From a virus: a DNA stretch of 64,000 bases. The stretch spans positions 32,001-96,000 of the IMG/VR virus record IMGVR_UViG_3300008117_000025; one strand, given 5' to 3'. Positions 36,847-47,516 of this stretch are shown here, piece by piece (the stretch's first letter is position 1; the number at the start of each line of letters is the position of its first letter). Below the pieces are notes generated by a model. The model did no database searches. It was not told the origin of the DNA and saw only the letters and a program-made list of their open reading frames with translations. The position numbers and the translations under genes are program-made.

Positions 36847-38226
36847 TTAACTTTCAAGTTTAAAAAATTTCTTTTGGAGTAGTTGTCTTTCTTCTACATC
36901 TACACTTGAGAAATCATTTACCGGTTTATTGTTAGATATACTTGTTTCTATGTCGTCATCATCGATTGGATTAGCATCTACTTCAATGAATCCGTTTGAT
37001 GTATTGATTTTTGTCCTAAACGTCATTCCATCAGCTCCATATCTGTTTTTCATAATATGGAAACGTCCTGTACCATCAATTTTATCTTTACGTTTACGGG
37101 CTAAGGATATAATTATATCCCCAATCATTATTTTTTCATATGATCCAGCTGCATTATCGCCTTCAATAATATCTGATTTTGCAGCACCTCTATTTGCTTG
37201 TGAAGGTGACACAAGCGGAATACCTTTTTCTTTAGCAAACGATTTAGCAGCAACATAAACATCATCAATTTCTTCTTTACGATCTTTTCTTGAGCGTGTA
37301 CGCATATAATCAAGATAATCAATAATGATTAGGTCTGGTTTAAAATCGTTTTGGTGTTCTAGTTGCTGGAGGTGGGATTCTATTGTTTCAAATGATGCTC
37401 TTTTGGGTGGGTATTCTTTAATAATAACCTTACCTTTTACTTTTTTAACAATTTCATCTACTTCTGCTCTATGTAAATGAAGTTTATCTACTTCAATACC
37501 GGAAAAAACAGCATCGTATCTTTTACCAACATATCCTTCACCTAATTCAAGTGAATAATGTACTACGTTATACCCTAAAGCAGCAGCATAAGCACCCATT
37601 GCTGTAATAGCCCAGGATTTACCACCACCAGGATTACCAAACATTAATACTAGATCACCTTTGCCATATCCACCTTGTGTTAATTCATTAAATGTAGGCC
37701 AAGGGAATGGAATACACCCACGATCATCTTCACGGTATCTAGTTTCAATATCGATATTATAATCCAAACCGATTGTTTTATCTTCACCTGCTCGTACTGC
37801 TTTACTAATCAATTGAAGAATACTATCGAAATCATTCATTTCAAGTAACTGAACTGAATTTAGGATAGCGGTTTTTACTTGTTGGTTTCTACAGAATGAA
37901 CTAAATTCAGCTTCAACCCATTCCAAATCACTTTGATCAGATAATCTATATGCTTCTTTAAGTGATTCTACAACTGATATTCTTAATACTTCATTATCAA
38001 TTTTCTTCGCCTCAATAGACATTGTTTCTATTGTAGGTGTAGTATGATATTCTGAGAAGTATTTTTGGATATATTCTACAGTCCATTTATGAGCAGATGA
38101 TTCAAAATAATCTGAATCGAGAGAATCTATAATATTAATAAGGAACTGTCTTTGTGTTAGTAGAGCTCCTAATACTTTTACTTGAAAGACAGGACCATAT
38201 TGGTTCAATTTATTTAATGTTGTCAT
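36847..38226 (-). CDS. dnaB: replicative DNA helicase (DnaB/gp41-like)
   Basis: Walker A GNPGGGKS, YSLEL, IIIDYLD, SQANR and KNRYG. Confidence 0.92.
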   Translation of the reverse strand: MTTLNKLNQYGPVFQVKVLGALLTQRQFLINIIDSLDSDYFESSAHKWTVEYIQKYFSEYHTTPTIETMSIEAKKIDNEVLRISVVESLKEAYRLSDQSDLEWVEAEFSSFCRNQQVKTAILNSVQLLEMNDFDSILQLISKAVRAGEDKTIGLDYNIDIETRYREDDRGCIPFPWPTFNELTQGGYGKGDLVLMFGNPGGGKSWAITAMGAYAAALGYNVVHYSLELGEGYVGKRYDAVFSGIEVDKLHLHRAEVDEIVKKVKGKVIIKEYPPKRASFETIESHLQQLEHQNDFKPDLIIIDYLDYMRTRSRKDRKEEIDDVYVAAKSFAKEKGIPLVSPSQANRGAAKSDIIEGDNAAGSYEKIMIGDIIISLARKRKDKIDGTGRFHIMKNRYGADGMTFRTKINTSNGFIEVDANPIDDDDIETSISNNKPVNDFSSVDVEERQLLQKKFFKLES

Positions 38227-38235
38227 AACCTAAAT

Positions 38236-39264
38236 TTATTTAAAAGAATTTAGATAACCAAACAGTTGAGTTAACCATGATTGCACATTAGGAATACTTT
38301 CTCCTAATTTATCATTTGAATATAACTGTAAGAATATCGGCATATTTAATTCATAAGAATCGGTAAATGCTTTTTTAACTAATTGTTTATTCTCTGGTGA
38401 TAGAAATTCTCCATTCAAAGACATCAGTTGTTGATTAACAAATAATTGTTGTCTTCTCTCTACAACTGAAAGATATAATTTGTTTTCATTTATTAATTCA
38501 GCTGATTTTTCTATGATACTTTCTAAAGTAACTTTATTATTGCCTGTTAATTCTGGGAATAGTTTAATTAGTTTTTTAGGACCTAATCCACTTACCCCAG
38601 GTATATTATCAGATGAATCACCCATTAGTATTTTATAATTGAGGAAATTAGTGCTTGTAACATTAAATTCTTCAAATACATCTTTTGGTTTGTATATTTT
38701 CTTTTTAGTTGGAGAATATACTTCTACCTTATCAGATACTAATTGTAGGAAGTCTTTATCAGCAGACATGATAGTTACCTTTTGAGTTTCCTCATGTGCT
38801 TCGAATTTATTAGCTAAATAACCTATAATATCATCTGCTTCTAATCCATCTACACTTATAACTGAAACAGGAATACATTTTAAGTATTGAATCAAACGTT
38901 CCATTTGATTATTTATACTTTCTTGTTCTTCAATTTTAGATTGAAATATAGAGTAATTAGTAATGCGATTAACATTACGATTAGCTTTATAACCAGGAAA
39001 TAAATTTCGTCTTGCGTTTGACCCACCAACACCATCAAATACTACAACTACTTTAGTTGGATCTACCATTCGAATTGCATAACCAATTGACTTTAAAAAC
39101 CCGGTAAGACCACCAATGTGGTGGCCATCCGGATTTATATGGTTAATCATGGTAAAATTCCTTAAGAAGGCATTTAACCCATCTATGATTAAGATTGAAC
39201 TAAGTTCTTTGCGAATATCTGGTTGGATGTTGACGAGTAAATCTGTGTATTTACTCTTCGACAT
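38236..39264 (-). CDS. 5'-3' exonuclease / flap endonuclease (T4 RNase H / PolI N-terminal type)
   Basis: IIDGLNAF, VVFDG, YKANR, LEADDII, SADKDFLQL and GDSSDNIPGVSGLGPK (H3TH). Confidence 0.93.
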   Translation of the reverse strand: MSKSKYTDLLVNIQPDIRKELSSILIIDGLNAFLRNFTMINHINPDGHHIGGLTGFLKSIGYAIRMVDPTKVVVVFDGVGGSNARRNLFPGYKANRNVNRITNYSIFQSKIEEQESINNQMERLIQYLKCIPVSVISVDGLEADDIIGYLANKFEAHEETQKVTIMSADKDFLQLVSDKVEVYSPTKKKIYKPKDVFEEFNVTSTNFLNYKILMGDSSDNIPGVSGLGPKKLIKLFPELTGNNKVTLESIIEKSAELINENKLYLSVVERRQQLFVNQQLMSLNGEFLSPENKQLVKKAFTDSYELNMPIFLQLYSNDKLGESIPNVQSWLTQLFGYLNSFK

Positions 39265-40336
39265 CTATTAAACCACTTATATCTTTTACGTTTTCAGTCA
39301 TTTCATCTTCTTCAACAACATCAAAATCAGATGATCCAAGAATCTGGAGCCATTCGCTTGAATGTTCTTTCTTGTAAATATCAATTGCTTTTTTATCGTC
39401 TTCGATAAATCCATGAACTGTCATTACAGTGGTACCTTTGGTTTGTACACCCGTAATATGATTTTTATCTACTGAAATTTTAGTACGCTTAGCGAACTCA
39501 ACGTCTTTACCGTTTTTGGTTGCTTTGATTTTACTTGTACCACTATTAGTTACATTACCAAATGTTACTACGAGTGAGGAATCAAAGAACATAGTATCAC
39601 CACCTTTATTTTTCAACTTAGGCATTTCCATTGGTACTGATGGTTTTGCAACCCATACCTTATTAACTGCCACAAATGTATTTGTGTATGGTTGATTTTC
39701 TTTACGTGACAATATAATTTTCTGATTGATAAAGTTACCAAACTGTTGAGACATTGCTCCAGCATTCCATTCGTTGTTGTTCTTTTGTGATTCAACAGAC
39801 AAACGACAAGGTACTGAACCTACTGAATCCCAAAGAAAACACAGGTCAAATGGTAATTTACCTTTTGCTTGTTCGTTAAGTAGATCAGCCATAAATGCTG
39901 CTACGTCTTCAATTGTATTTAGTGATCCTCTATCAACATAAATAAAGAAACCTTTATAATCGATAATTTCACCTGTTTCAGGATCAGCTACCGGTTGAAT
40001 TTCAAAGCCCATTTGTACGGCATGCTCCCAATTCCACTTCATCTCAGTAACAATGAAAACAGGCAATACACCCATTTTTTGTGCTGCTACTGCTGCTTCA
40101 AGCATTGCTGTTGTTTTACCTGTATCCGAGTGACCACGTAATAAAGTTATGTGGCCCATCGGAATACCAGGAATAGACAATACATCTTGAAAAGCTTTAG
40201 ACAGTGGAATCCATCTTTGCGGTTTAAATTTAACCGATTGATCTAAGAATTTAGATTTCTTGAAGGCATCTATATCGAATGACTTTTTAAGTGATTCCGA
40301 TACTACTGATGTTAAACTGTCTTTACTTTTAGCCAT
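39251..40336 (-). CDS. recA: RecA/UvsX-like recombinase
   Basis: Walker A GHSDTGKT, Walker B FLWDSVGS and GGDTMFFDSS. Confidence 0.85.
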   Translation of the reverse strand: MAKSKDSLTSVVSESLKKSFDIDAFKKSKFLDQSVKFKPQRWIPLSKAFQDVLSIPGIPMGHITLLRGHSDTGKTTAMLEAAVAAQKMGVLPVFIVTEMKWNWEHAVQMGFEIQPVADPETGEIIDYKGFFIYVDRGSLNTIEDVAAFMADLLNEQAKGKLPFDLCFLWDSVGSVPCRLSVESQKNNNEWNAGAMSQQFGNFINQKIILSRKENQPYTNTFVAVNKVWVAKPSVPMEMPKLKNKGGDTMFFDSSLVVTFGNVTNSGTSKIKATKNGKDVEFAKRTKISVDKNHITGVQTKGTTVMTVHGFIEDDKKAIDIYKKEHSSEWLQILGSSDFDVVEEDEMTENVKDISGLIDVEE

Positions 40337-40338
40337 TA

Positions 40339-41163
40339 TTAGTCGTTAAAAAGGTCATTAAATTTGTCTGCATTGCTTGTTTTACCAGTATTGTTTTCCA
40401 AAGCATAAGCCGGAGTAACTGGTTTGTTAATTTCAGCAATAAAATCATCCTCTTCATCCTTAGATGCGATTGGAGTTTCGGTTGCAGCTGCTTCTTCTTC
40501 AGGATTCAACCATTTAGCCAAAATGTCTTTAAGTGCATCATAAGTATACTTACGATTAATAGACAAAATGTCAGGTTGTTCATCAAGTACCTTTTCTACC
40601 AACGCAGCATCTTCAGAGATGGAAGTTGATTTTACTTTAGGACGAAGAGCACATTTAATACCTTTTCTACCAGCAACTATATCTTCAGTTGCTTCAACTG
40701 TAAAGTCACGACCGTCAGTGATGTCTGTAAAGTCACCATAATCATCATCAGCAGCGATACCGAGAAGTTGATCGTGTGTCAATTTACCAAATTCCCACAA
40801 ACGAGCACCCATATGCTCTTCACCACGTACAATTACAGCAGCAAAGAAACGAGATTTAGGGCTAATTTTGTTTGCCAATTGCCAATCTTCTTTATCAGAT
40901 GATTTACGAAGTTGCTTTGCAAAATCAACAATCGGATCTGCTTCTTCCCAGTTAGTCAAAGACAAAATTGGTCCTTTAGCGAATCCATAATGGAATTGTA
41001 CTTCGCGAATTGGCCATGCCTTATCAAACTTAGAAGGCAAAATGCGAATTTGGTGTTTGCCGGGCTTTGGTTTCCAGAAAATTTTTGTGTAATCGATTTT
41101 TTCACGTTGTTGCCCTTTATTTTGAGCAGCGGCTAACTTCTGCTTTACGAGGTTTAAATCCAT
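40339..41163 (-). CDS. ssDNA-binding protein (T4 gp32-like)
   Basis: FWKPKPGKHQIRILP, DPIVDF, RFFAAVIVRGEE, DITDGRDF and an acidic tail ending DKFNDLFND. Confidence 0.85.
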   Translation of the reverse strand: MDLNLVKQKLAAAQNKGQQREKIDYTKIFWKPKPGKHQIRILPSKFDKAWPIREVQFHYGFAKGPILSLTNWEEADPIVDFAKQLRKSSDKEDWQLANKISPKSRFFAAVIVRGEEHMGARLWEFGKLTHDQLLGIAADDDYGDFTDITDGRDFTVEATEDIVAGRKGIKCALRPKVKSTSISEDAALVEKVLDEQPDILSINRKYTYDALKDILAKWLNPEEEAAATETPIASKDEEDDFIAEINKPVTPAYALENNTGKTSNADKFNDLFND

Positions 41164-41181
41164 AACTGTTTTATTTAGAAT

Positions 41182-41213
41182 TAAATATAAGAACCCTTAT
41201 TTAGACCACCAAA
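41182..41213 (-). promoter_or_regulatory. Bacteroidota-type sigma70 promoter upstream of the SSB gene
   Basis: Coding strand reads TTTG-N20-TATATTTA. Confidence 0.6.
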
Positions 41214-41552
41214 CTAAGAGATAGTCAAACTAAAATTTCCTGTTCCTCTTAAATAATATGTTGTGCCTGTTACTGCTGAAGCAGGAGCAAATGTAAGTGC
41301 AGATGAGCCAGGAGGAACAACAACCGAGGCAATATACGAGGACGAAACAAAACCCATTGATGATGATACAACCCATGTTCCTACAGTATTAGTAGGAGTA
41401 GAACCAGTATAAAAGCCATTTGGTTCTCTAACTGTTTCTAAAGTAAAGTAAGCAGAACCACCTGAGTTGGTAAATGCAAATGTTTTAGTACCAGATAAGT
41501 TTTCGCCTAATACGCCCTGTCCGGTCATTTGAGCTGCTGTATATGTTGCCAT
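41214..41552 (-). CDS. hypothetical protein (small, beta-rich, S/T/G-rich)
   Basis: 112-aa ORF, start-stop overlap with the upstream gene. Confidence 0.6.
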   Translation of the reverse strand: MATYTAAQMTGQGVLGENLSGTKTFAFTNSGGSAYFTLETVREPNGFYTGSTPTNTVGTWVVSSSMGFVSSSYIASVVVPPGSSALTFAPASAVTGTTYYLRGTGNFSLTIS

Positions 41553-41968
41553 TATTTACCTAAATCTATAATTTTATGAATAGAAGTGTCTAATTTGCGT
41601 AATTCAGGACCGGTATTGAGTAATATACAATTTTTATAATCAGCCCAATTAACAATAAATCTAGTATCTAACATACCATTATTTAATGATCTAATCAATG
41701 CATTAAGGGCATTAATTGTATATAATGTATTTGATTCTTTTTTGCGATGCAACAATATAGTGTTAGGCAATGGAGTATCTGCAGTATTACCCATATCGAT
41801 ATTATATGTGCACATTAATTCTTTGCTTTGAGGTGACTCAAGTACAAATATTTTATTGTACAATATTGTATATCGACGGTTTATGTCCGACAGCACAGTG
41901 TCTAGTTCGTCAGGTGTAGTAAATGTGCAGAATAGCTTGTTCAAATCGAAAAATATATTGTCTGTCAT
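41552..41968 (-). CDS. conserved phage hypothetical protein
   Basis: 138 aa (LFCTFT...LLHRKKESNTLYTINALN), directly downstream of the PolA-like gene. Confidence 0.65.
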   Translation of the reverse strand: MTDNIFFDLNKLFCTFTTPDELDTVLSDINRRYTILYNKIFVLESPQSKELMCTYNIDMGNTADTPLPNTILLHRKKESNTLYTINALNALIRSLNNGMLDTRFIVNWADYKNCILLNTGPELRKLDTSIHKIIDLGK

Positions 41969-41974
41969 AAATAT

Positions 41975-43270
41975 TTATATTTTAGTTAAACCATGGTATG
42001 ATTTGCCTTGCTTGATGCTTATCGGATATTGCAACAGCTCTTTGATGGTAGTAAAAATTTCACCATCTTCTTTACTATAATCAAATAAAAACGCATCATA
42101 GGTATACAATACTATTTTGGTTTTTTTATCTTTTAAATAATCTAATACCAATTCGAGCAATTGAACATTAGTTAATGTTTCCGTGCTTTGGACCACATAA
42201 TTAAATAATTTTTGTGGGTTTATATCCTCTAATTGGTCACGTATAAATATTTTATTTTCAGTAGTAATGACTCCACCATATTGAAATGTATCCCACAGAT
42301 CATCAACATACATGGCTACTTCTTTAAAGAATGGCTTATCTTGATATTCGCTCCACACACCACCATATAACTGTTTAAATGTTAATTCTTTAGCTTCTTG
42401 TTGTGATACGCCGAGTAATTCACCTAAATAATCATATGTGTTTCTATCTTTAGGAAATTCAAATTTAACCATTTCACCTATCAAACGTGGATGATAACCC
42501 TGAAAATCGATTTCAACAAATTTATCATTTATTGGTCTATAACATTCACGTTCACCATTATCTTTATTTAATGCAGCAAAGTTGATACTATTACAGGTGT
42601 TAGAAGGGCGCGTAGTTGTATTGTATAAATTATATTGAGTGTATAATCTGCTCTTAGATAAGTTAAATTCGGGATATTGTATTTTATTTTGATAGTGGTT
42701 TATATAGCATTCTTTATCTACTTTAATGCCTTGTTTTTCAATTTGATAAAATATTTCAGTTGTTCTGAAGTTCTGGAATTGAAATGCTGTGTTAGTTAGG
42801 GTGTATTTTTGTATTGTGGGTAATGTAGCAGCAAATATTTTTTCACATTCCTCATAATGTTTGCTAATTGGAATTAGACAATTAATATTAGATAGATTAA
42901 TGTGGTGTCTATAATAATAATCAATACAATTATTACCTAGTGCTTCTGTTAAATTAACAAATTCAATTAAATGGGCATCAAATAATTTATTGGGGTAAGG
43001 AAACCAATGCATTGCTTCCTTTTTATCTATCACCCATATTCTATCAGTGTTGTTTACTAACCAACCAAATAATTCATCTTTATCCAGACTAAATGATTCA
43101 GTATGATCTAGGCACAGTATGTATCCTTTCTTATCATCAAGTGGTCTGATGTAGATAAGGCTTAAATCAGTAAGTGTAGGATGGAAGTTGTCGTTTTTAG
43201 GAATAAACCTAATAAAGCAATCTCCAAATTTAGATGGAAGTTGAGAGGGTTTCTCTATAACGTAAAACAT
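41975..43270 (-). CDS. compact family A DNA polymerase-like protein (431 aa)
   Basis: Motif A IDFQGYHPRLI, motif B EAKELTFKQLYG, NYVVQSTE, and motif C LYTYDAF (YD instead of HD). The N-terminal half is degenerate. Confidence 0.8.
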   Translation of the reverse strand: MFYVIEKPSQLPSKFGDCFIRFIPKNDNFHPTLTDLSLIYIRPLDDKKGYILCLDHTESFSLDKDELFGWLVNNTDRIWVIDKKEAMHWFPYPNKLFDAHLIEFVNLTEALGNNCIDYYYRHHINLSNINCLIPISKHYEECEKIFAATLPTIQKYTLTNTAFQFQNFRTTEIFYQIEKQGIKVDKECYINHYQNKIQYPEFNLSKSRLYTQYNLYNTTTRPSNTCNSINFAALNKDNGERECYRPINDKFVEIDFQGYHPRLIGEMVKFEFPKDRNTYDYLGELLGVSQQEAKELTFKQLYGGVWSEYQDKPFFKEVAMYVDDLWDTFQYGGVITTENKIFIRDQLEDINPQKLFNYVVQSTETLTNVQLLELVLDYLKDKKTKIVLYTYDAFLFDYSKEDGEIFTTIKELLQYPISIKQGKSYHGLTKI

Positions 43271-43288
43271 ATTTCATAACCTTTGAAT

Positions 43289-43319
43289 TAAATATAAGAT
43301 AAAATCTTTGACTTACAAA
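43289..43319 (-). promoter_or_regulatory. Bacteroidota-type sigma70 promoter upstream of the PolA-like gene
   Basis: Coding strand reads TTTG-N19-TATATTTA. Confidence 0.6.
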
Positions 43320-43320
43320 T

Positions 43321-43842
43321 TTAATCTGGAGGGGGTTCACTTATAATAAAAGACTTTATGCCGGGCATTTGTTTCTCAGCATCGTCTAGACTTTTTTGAT
43401 TTCCAAAATAACCTCCTTCAGGAAACTCAATACTAATTACTTGATAATAAGGATTATTTTGAAACTTATCAAAAGTATTTTTATCAATTTCTCTTATTAA
43501 TATGGGGTTAGAATTAATTTTTTTAGAAAAATATCTTATGCCTCCATTAATATTACTTTTATTAATAATAGAAGTAGGAATACTATTATTTAATTTTACT
43601 TTACTTAAAGATCCATAAATAAATGTTTTTGGATCTGTTAGTAGAGGATTTATATCTGTACTGTTTGCTTTAACTAGTTTTGGAGCATTAGTATTAAATG
43701 TTTTTCCTGCAAAGTATTTTCCATTAAATTCATAATAGTATCCTTGATAATATTTGTAATTATAATCAAATACGAATTCATTACCAGAGGTATATTTTGT
43801 TTCTATTATGTTTGATGGTATTCTCATATTAAAAAGGTGCAT
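43321..43842 (-). CDS. hypothetical protein, probably baseplate-associated
   Basis: 173 aa (YTSGNEF...YQGYYY...FAGK), overlapping the hub gene stop. Confidence 0.6.
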   Translation of the reverse strand: MHLFNMRIPSNIIETKYTSGNEFVFDYNYKYYQGYYYEFNGKYFAGKTFNTNAPKLVKANSTDINPLLTDPKTFIYGSLSKVKLNNSIPTSIINKSNINGGIRYFSKKINSNPILIREIDKNTFDKFQNNPYYQVISIEFPEGGYFGNQKSLDDAEKQMPGIKSFIISEPPPD

Positions 43843-46800
43843 CGTTTATTTGAAAGTGCATCCAATCTTTTCCTAATTCTCTACCAAAACTTTTCCATCC
43901 ATACTTATACCAAATATCAATAAATTGTTTATATTCTGGTTTAGAGAATAGGGCTTTTCCTGTTGGGGTATTTAATCCGTTTTCGGCGGCATAAAAATCT
44001 ATGGCAATTCCCCAAGAGTGAATCGAAGGATTACCAGGACAACATCTTTTATCTCTAGGATTATATAGACCGGAATATTGATCTAGTTTTAATTTTTTAA
44101 TTTTATCTAAACCATAAGTCGCTAATATATCTTTAAGTACTTTTTCTAAACTATCTTTTACTAATTTATGTACTTTAAAACTATTTACAGGAGTACTATC
44201 ATAATATAAAGTATAAGGAAGAGTAAGAGTTACTAATTGGCTAGAATCACCAGGTTGGCCATATTTTGAAACTACACCAGATAAATTACTTCCTACTTTT
44301 AATTTAGATTTGTTTGCTTCAATTTTCATTGCATCTTGGGTTGTTATTTTTCCGTTATTAGGATTTATTTGTATTAATTCTGAGAAGCTAAGGGTTCCTT
44401 CAGGTTCATCTAATATTATTGTTTGGGCATCAATATTAGTTGTCCAATCATTGTTTTGAATTGAATGTCCAATACCTGTAATTGTATGTCCTAATTTTGA
44501 TCCTAATGCATCTCCTTTATAGCCTCTAGGTAATAATTCTTCGGGAATTCTAAATAGGTGACCTATTACTAATCCTCCAATACCATCCATTGTGACTGAT
44601 AGCTTAGTAGGGATGATGGCTCTATTTTTGGCTTTTGATTTGGTTAGATTTTTAAAGAAATTAATTAAATCTTTTAATGAATTTTTATAATCACCTGCTT
44701 TATCAGCATCAAATTTACCATCAATAAACCAACCATATTCTTGGTCTCCAAAAAAATCATATAATGATTGTAGAGCATCAGCTACATTTTGTGCTTGACT
44801 TTTAATTTTTTCAATATCAGGTTGATTTGGATCTATTGTTGGATCATCTTTTTTAGGAATAATTCTATCAACTAAACCTTTATTAAAATCTAACATTGTA
44901 TTATTATCAGTTGCCATTGCTCCACCTCCAACTTGAGCACCAATTGCTACCGTAGAAGATTGGTCAGGAAATATTTGAGATTCTAATTTGTATGATCTAA
45001 CTGTAGATTTAGTGTTATGCATTTCTAACTGAAATAAGTTATCATATACCTCCTTTTTAGATTTAGCATCAACATAATTTACATCTATAATATATGTTGT
45101 ATCTCCTTTAATTGGGTCAATAAATAAATCAAAATTACTTACATTACCTGTTGCGGATGAAATTTCAGATAGAACACTTTTTAAAAAATTGTATAAATTA
45201 ATATCTTTTTTTTCTTTAGTATCTAAAGCTTCTAAATTATTATCTAAAGCTAATCTAAATAAGAAATTTAAATTAACATATATATTTCCAATAATACCTA
45301 GTTCTGTATCCCAATTGTCTTGATAAAAATAGGGTCTAGAAATATTTTTTATATATTGTATATTTTCAATAGCTGTAGATTGGGATTTTTCTATTTCTTT
45401 TTTTTGCTTATCTAATTCTGCCTGTTGTTTAGCATCCTCAGCACGTTGAGCTGCTACAGGATCTGATTTGGTAGATTCAACATTAGATCCAAAAGCTTCG
45501 TTAACTTGTTGTGTACTTAAATTAGTAAGACGACTAGTTGTTAAGAAACTAAATAATGAGGTACTACCTCCAACACCAGAAGCAGCTAATGATTTTCCTA
45601 ATTTAGTATTATCAATATTATCTCCTTCATCAATAGCAACATTAATTAAATCTGTATATTGTGGCTTAACAACTTTATAACTAACATCTTTTAACTTTTC
45701 GTAATGGCGTTTAGTTAACGCTTTAATTGTATCTGGATCTTGTTGGGTTACTCTTTCAAGATAATCTACAACTGCTTGTTTATCTTTAATTTTTTTAGTA
45801 GGAATTGATATATAGTATAATTGGTCTAATACACTATCTAATTGGACATCACTTAATTTACTTGGAAATGTTATTAAATTATTAGATCCTGTTACATTTG
45901 ATGGTATTATAGTATCTGGATTGACTTTAAATCCATTAGCCCAAACGGGATTTTTGATAATGCAAATTGTTGGATCTACAGATAATTGAAGGGGATGAGC
46001 TGAGCAGAGTAAATAGCCGTCTCCAGTTAATGGGTTGGGTTTAGTATTGCCAATTGCATATTCTCTATCTAATACAGAGCATTTTAAAAATGCTTTTTTG
46101 CTATTAGAATCTACAAAAGTAACATAATTGTTGATTAAATTACATAAACCTTCTAAAGTAATATATACTTGTTCATCACTTGCTCCAATTTTTCCATTAC
46201 TACTAGCCTCTCCTTGCCCTCCAGCAATGTTAAGAGTTTTTTTATATAAATCATAATAACTAGTAGTACCATCGGGGCGACCATCAGCAATTACAAAATT
46301 GGCTCCTTCATCTTGTGTGCCTGGTTTTTTTAGGTTCATTATAGTAAATAATTCATAGAATAATCCTGCAAGGATATTTTTAGAATATATTTTCTTTATA
46401 TCAGGAAAACTTGATATTGATATTCCTTCTACTCTAGGTGCTATCAATCCTTTTTTAGATATCTCAGATATATTATTAAACGGAGCATAATTTACCTTTA
46501 ATGATTCTAATACTTCTCCTACTGATATTATAGTGGTGGTGCAATCATATCCTCCATCTTCGCGGGCAGACCAGCTATAATTTTTAATATATCCAAACAT
46601 TGCATCATAATTACCACCATAGGTTTCAACAGCGGTTTTATATATGCTTTCAAATAACTGATCTTTAGTTGGTTTCTTATTTATGATATCATTAGTAGAA
46701 AAATCTATATTGCTTTTTAATTTTTTATCACTACCTAAATAAGGTGCCCATCCCCATTCTATTAAAGCAGTATAGCCTGGGCGCATATATAGAAGTTCTA

Positions 46801-47209
46801 GGTCTTCTAGTTGTTTAATATCCCAAGCAACAAATTTAACTTCAACTTCTCTTAAAGAACCATATGCTGATTTGGGTTTTATGTCTACTCCTGTAATACC
46901 AGGCATGGGGCGAATACCCAATCTGTGGGGATTGCCATTAGGAGTAGCAATATCATATGAGGAATTTTTAGTCAAAACACCAGCTCTTAATTGGAGTTGA
47001 TTTTCGTATAATACTCCTCCTTGTAATATATATTTTTTAGCTAGAGCCCCGTTATCTTCATTTACATCTACTGCAGAAGACATTCTTACCCATGCATTGC
47101 GAGCATTAAAATATTGAATAGCATCAGGAGTACGTTCAAATATGGCTTCTTGCCTAGCCTTTAATTGATTTTGTATTTCAGGTTTAAACGTATCTTTAAA
47201 TATAGACAT
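43829..47209 (-). CDS. baseplate hub-like protein with a C-terminal M15 Zn peptidase (peptidoglycan hydrolase)
   Basis: The N-terminal RPMPGITGVDIK..GSLREVEV...YDAMFGYIKNYSW hub-like region. C-terminal R...SIHSWGIAIDF...DWMHFQ is the M15 SxH-x6-D...H Zn motif. Follows the LysM-like baseplate gene. Confidence 0.75.
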   Translation of the reverse strand: MSIFKDTFKPEIQNQLKARQEAIFERTPDAIQYFNARNAWVRMSSAVDVNEDNGALAKKYILQGGVLYENQLQLRAGVLTKNSSYDIATPNGNPHRLGIRPMPGITGVDIKPKSAYGSLREVEVKFVAWDIKQLEDLELLYMRPGYTALIEWGWAPYLGSDKKLKSNIDFSTNDIINKKPTKDQLFESIYKTAVETYGGNYDAMFGYIKNYSWSAREDGGYDCTTTIISVGEVLESLKVNYAPFNNISEISKKGLIAPRVEGISISSFPDIKKIYSKNILAGLFYELFTIMNLKKPGTQDEGANFVIADGRPDGTTSYYDLYKKTLNIAGGQGEASSNGKIGASDEQVYITLEGLCNLINNYVTFVDSNSKKAFLKCSVLDREYAIGNTKPNPLTGDGYLLCSAHPLQLSVDPTICIIKNPVWANGFKVNPDTIIPSNVTGSNNLITFPSKLSDVQLDSVLDQLYYISIPTKKIKDKQAVVDYLERVTQQDPDTIKALTKRHYEKLKDVSYKVVKPQYTDLINVAIDEGDNIDNTKLGKSLAASGVGGSTSLFSFLTTSRLTNLSTQQVNEAFGSNVESTKSDPVAAQRAEDAKQQAELDKQKKEIEKSQSTAIENIQYIKNISRPYFYQDNWDTELGIIGNIYVNLNFLFRLALDNNLEALDTKEKKDINLYNFLKSVLSEISSATGNVSNFDLFIDPIKGDTTYIIDVNYVDAKSKKEVYDNLFQLEMHNTKSTVRSYKLESQIFPDQSSTVAIGAQVGGGAMATDNNTMLDFNKGLVDRIIPKKDDPTIDPNQPDIEKIKSQAQNVADALQSLYDFFGDQEYGWFIDGKFDADKAGDYKNSLKDLINFFKNLTKSKAKNRAIIPTKLSVTMDGIGGLVIGHLFRIPEELLPRGYKGDALGSKLGHTITGIGHSIQNNDWTTNIDAQTIILDEPEGTLSFSELIQINPNNGKITTQDAMKIEANKSKLKVGSNLSGVVSKYGQPGDSSQLVTLTLPYTLYYDSTPVNSFKVHKLVKDSLEKVLKDILATYGLDKIKKLKLDQYSGLYNPRDKRCCPGNPSIHSWGIAIDFYAAENGLNTPTGKALFSKPEYKQFIDIWYKYGWKSFGRELGKDWMHFQINDAPF

Positions 47210-47213
47210 AACA

Positions 47214-47516
47214 TTATCTTGCTTTATTGAACTGTTTAAATAAATTTAAAACACTATTTAAATCAGTAGGTATTCTTAATTGAGCACCAGGTGTAGGATA
47301 TAAGGCTCCTTTAGTAGCATTATTATTTGCTGCTGCTATTACCCACCATAAAGTAGCATCTCGATAATAGCTATATGCTAATGAGTCTAGTCTATCACCT
47401 ACAGTAGTAATAACATACACATCAGATTCTGATAAAGGAATGTTTGGGTAAAACTTTCCTTTATAGTATGGTCTGTAGTTTTTAGTTAATATAGTTGAAT
47501 TTTCGTAGCGATCCAT
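47214..47516 (-). CDS. LysM-like baseplate wedge protein (gp53/P2 gpX-like)
   Basis: TTVGDRLDSLAYSYYRDATLWWVIAAAN...GAQLRIP. Confidence 0.85.
   Translation of the reverse strand: MDRYENSTILTKNYRPYYKGKFYPNIPLSESDVYVITTVGDRLDSLAYSYYRDATLWWVIAAANNNATKGALYPTPGAQLRIPTDLNSVLNLFKQFNKAR

Noticed and set aside
9581-38226. Inteins or group I introns in polB, nrdJ or the helicase
   Set aside because: Lengths are normal, motifs are contiguous, and there are no homing-endonuclease or splice-junction motifs.
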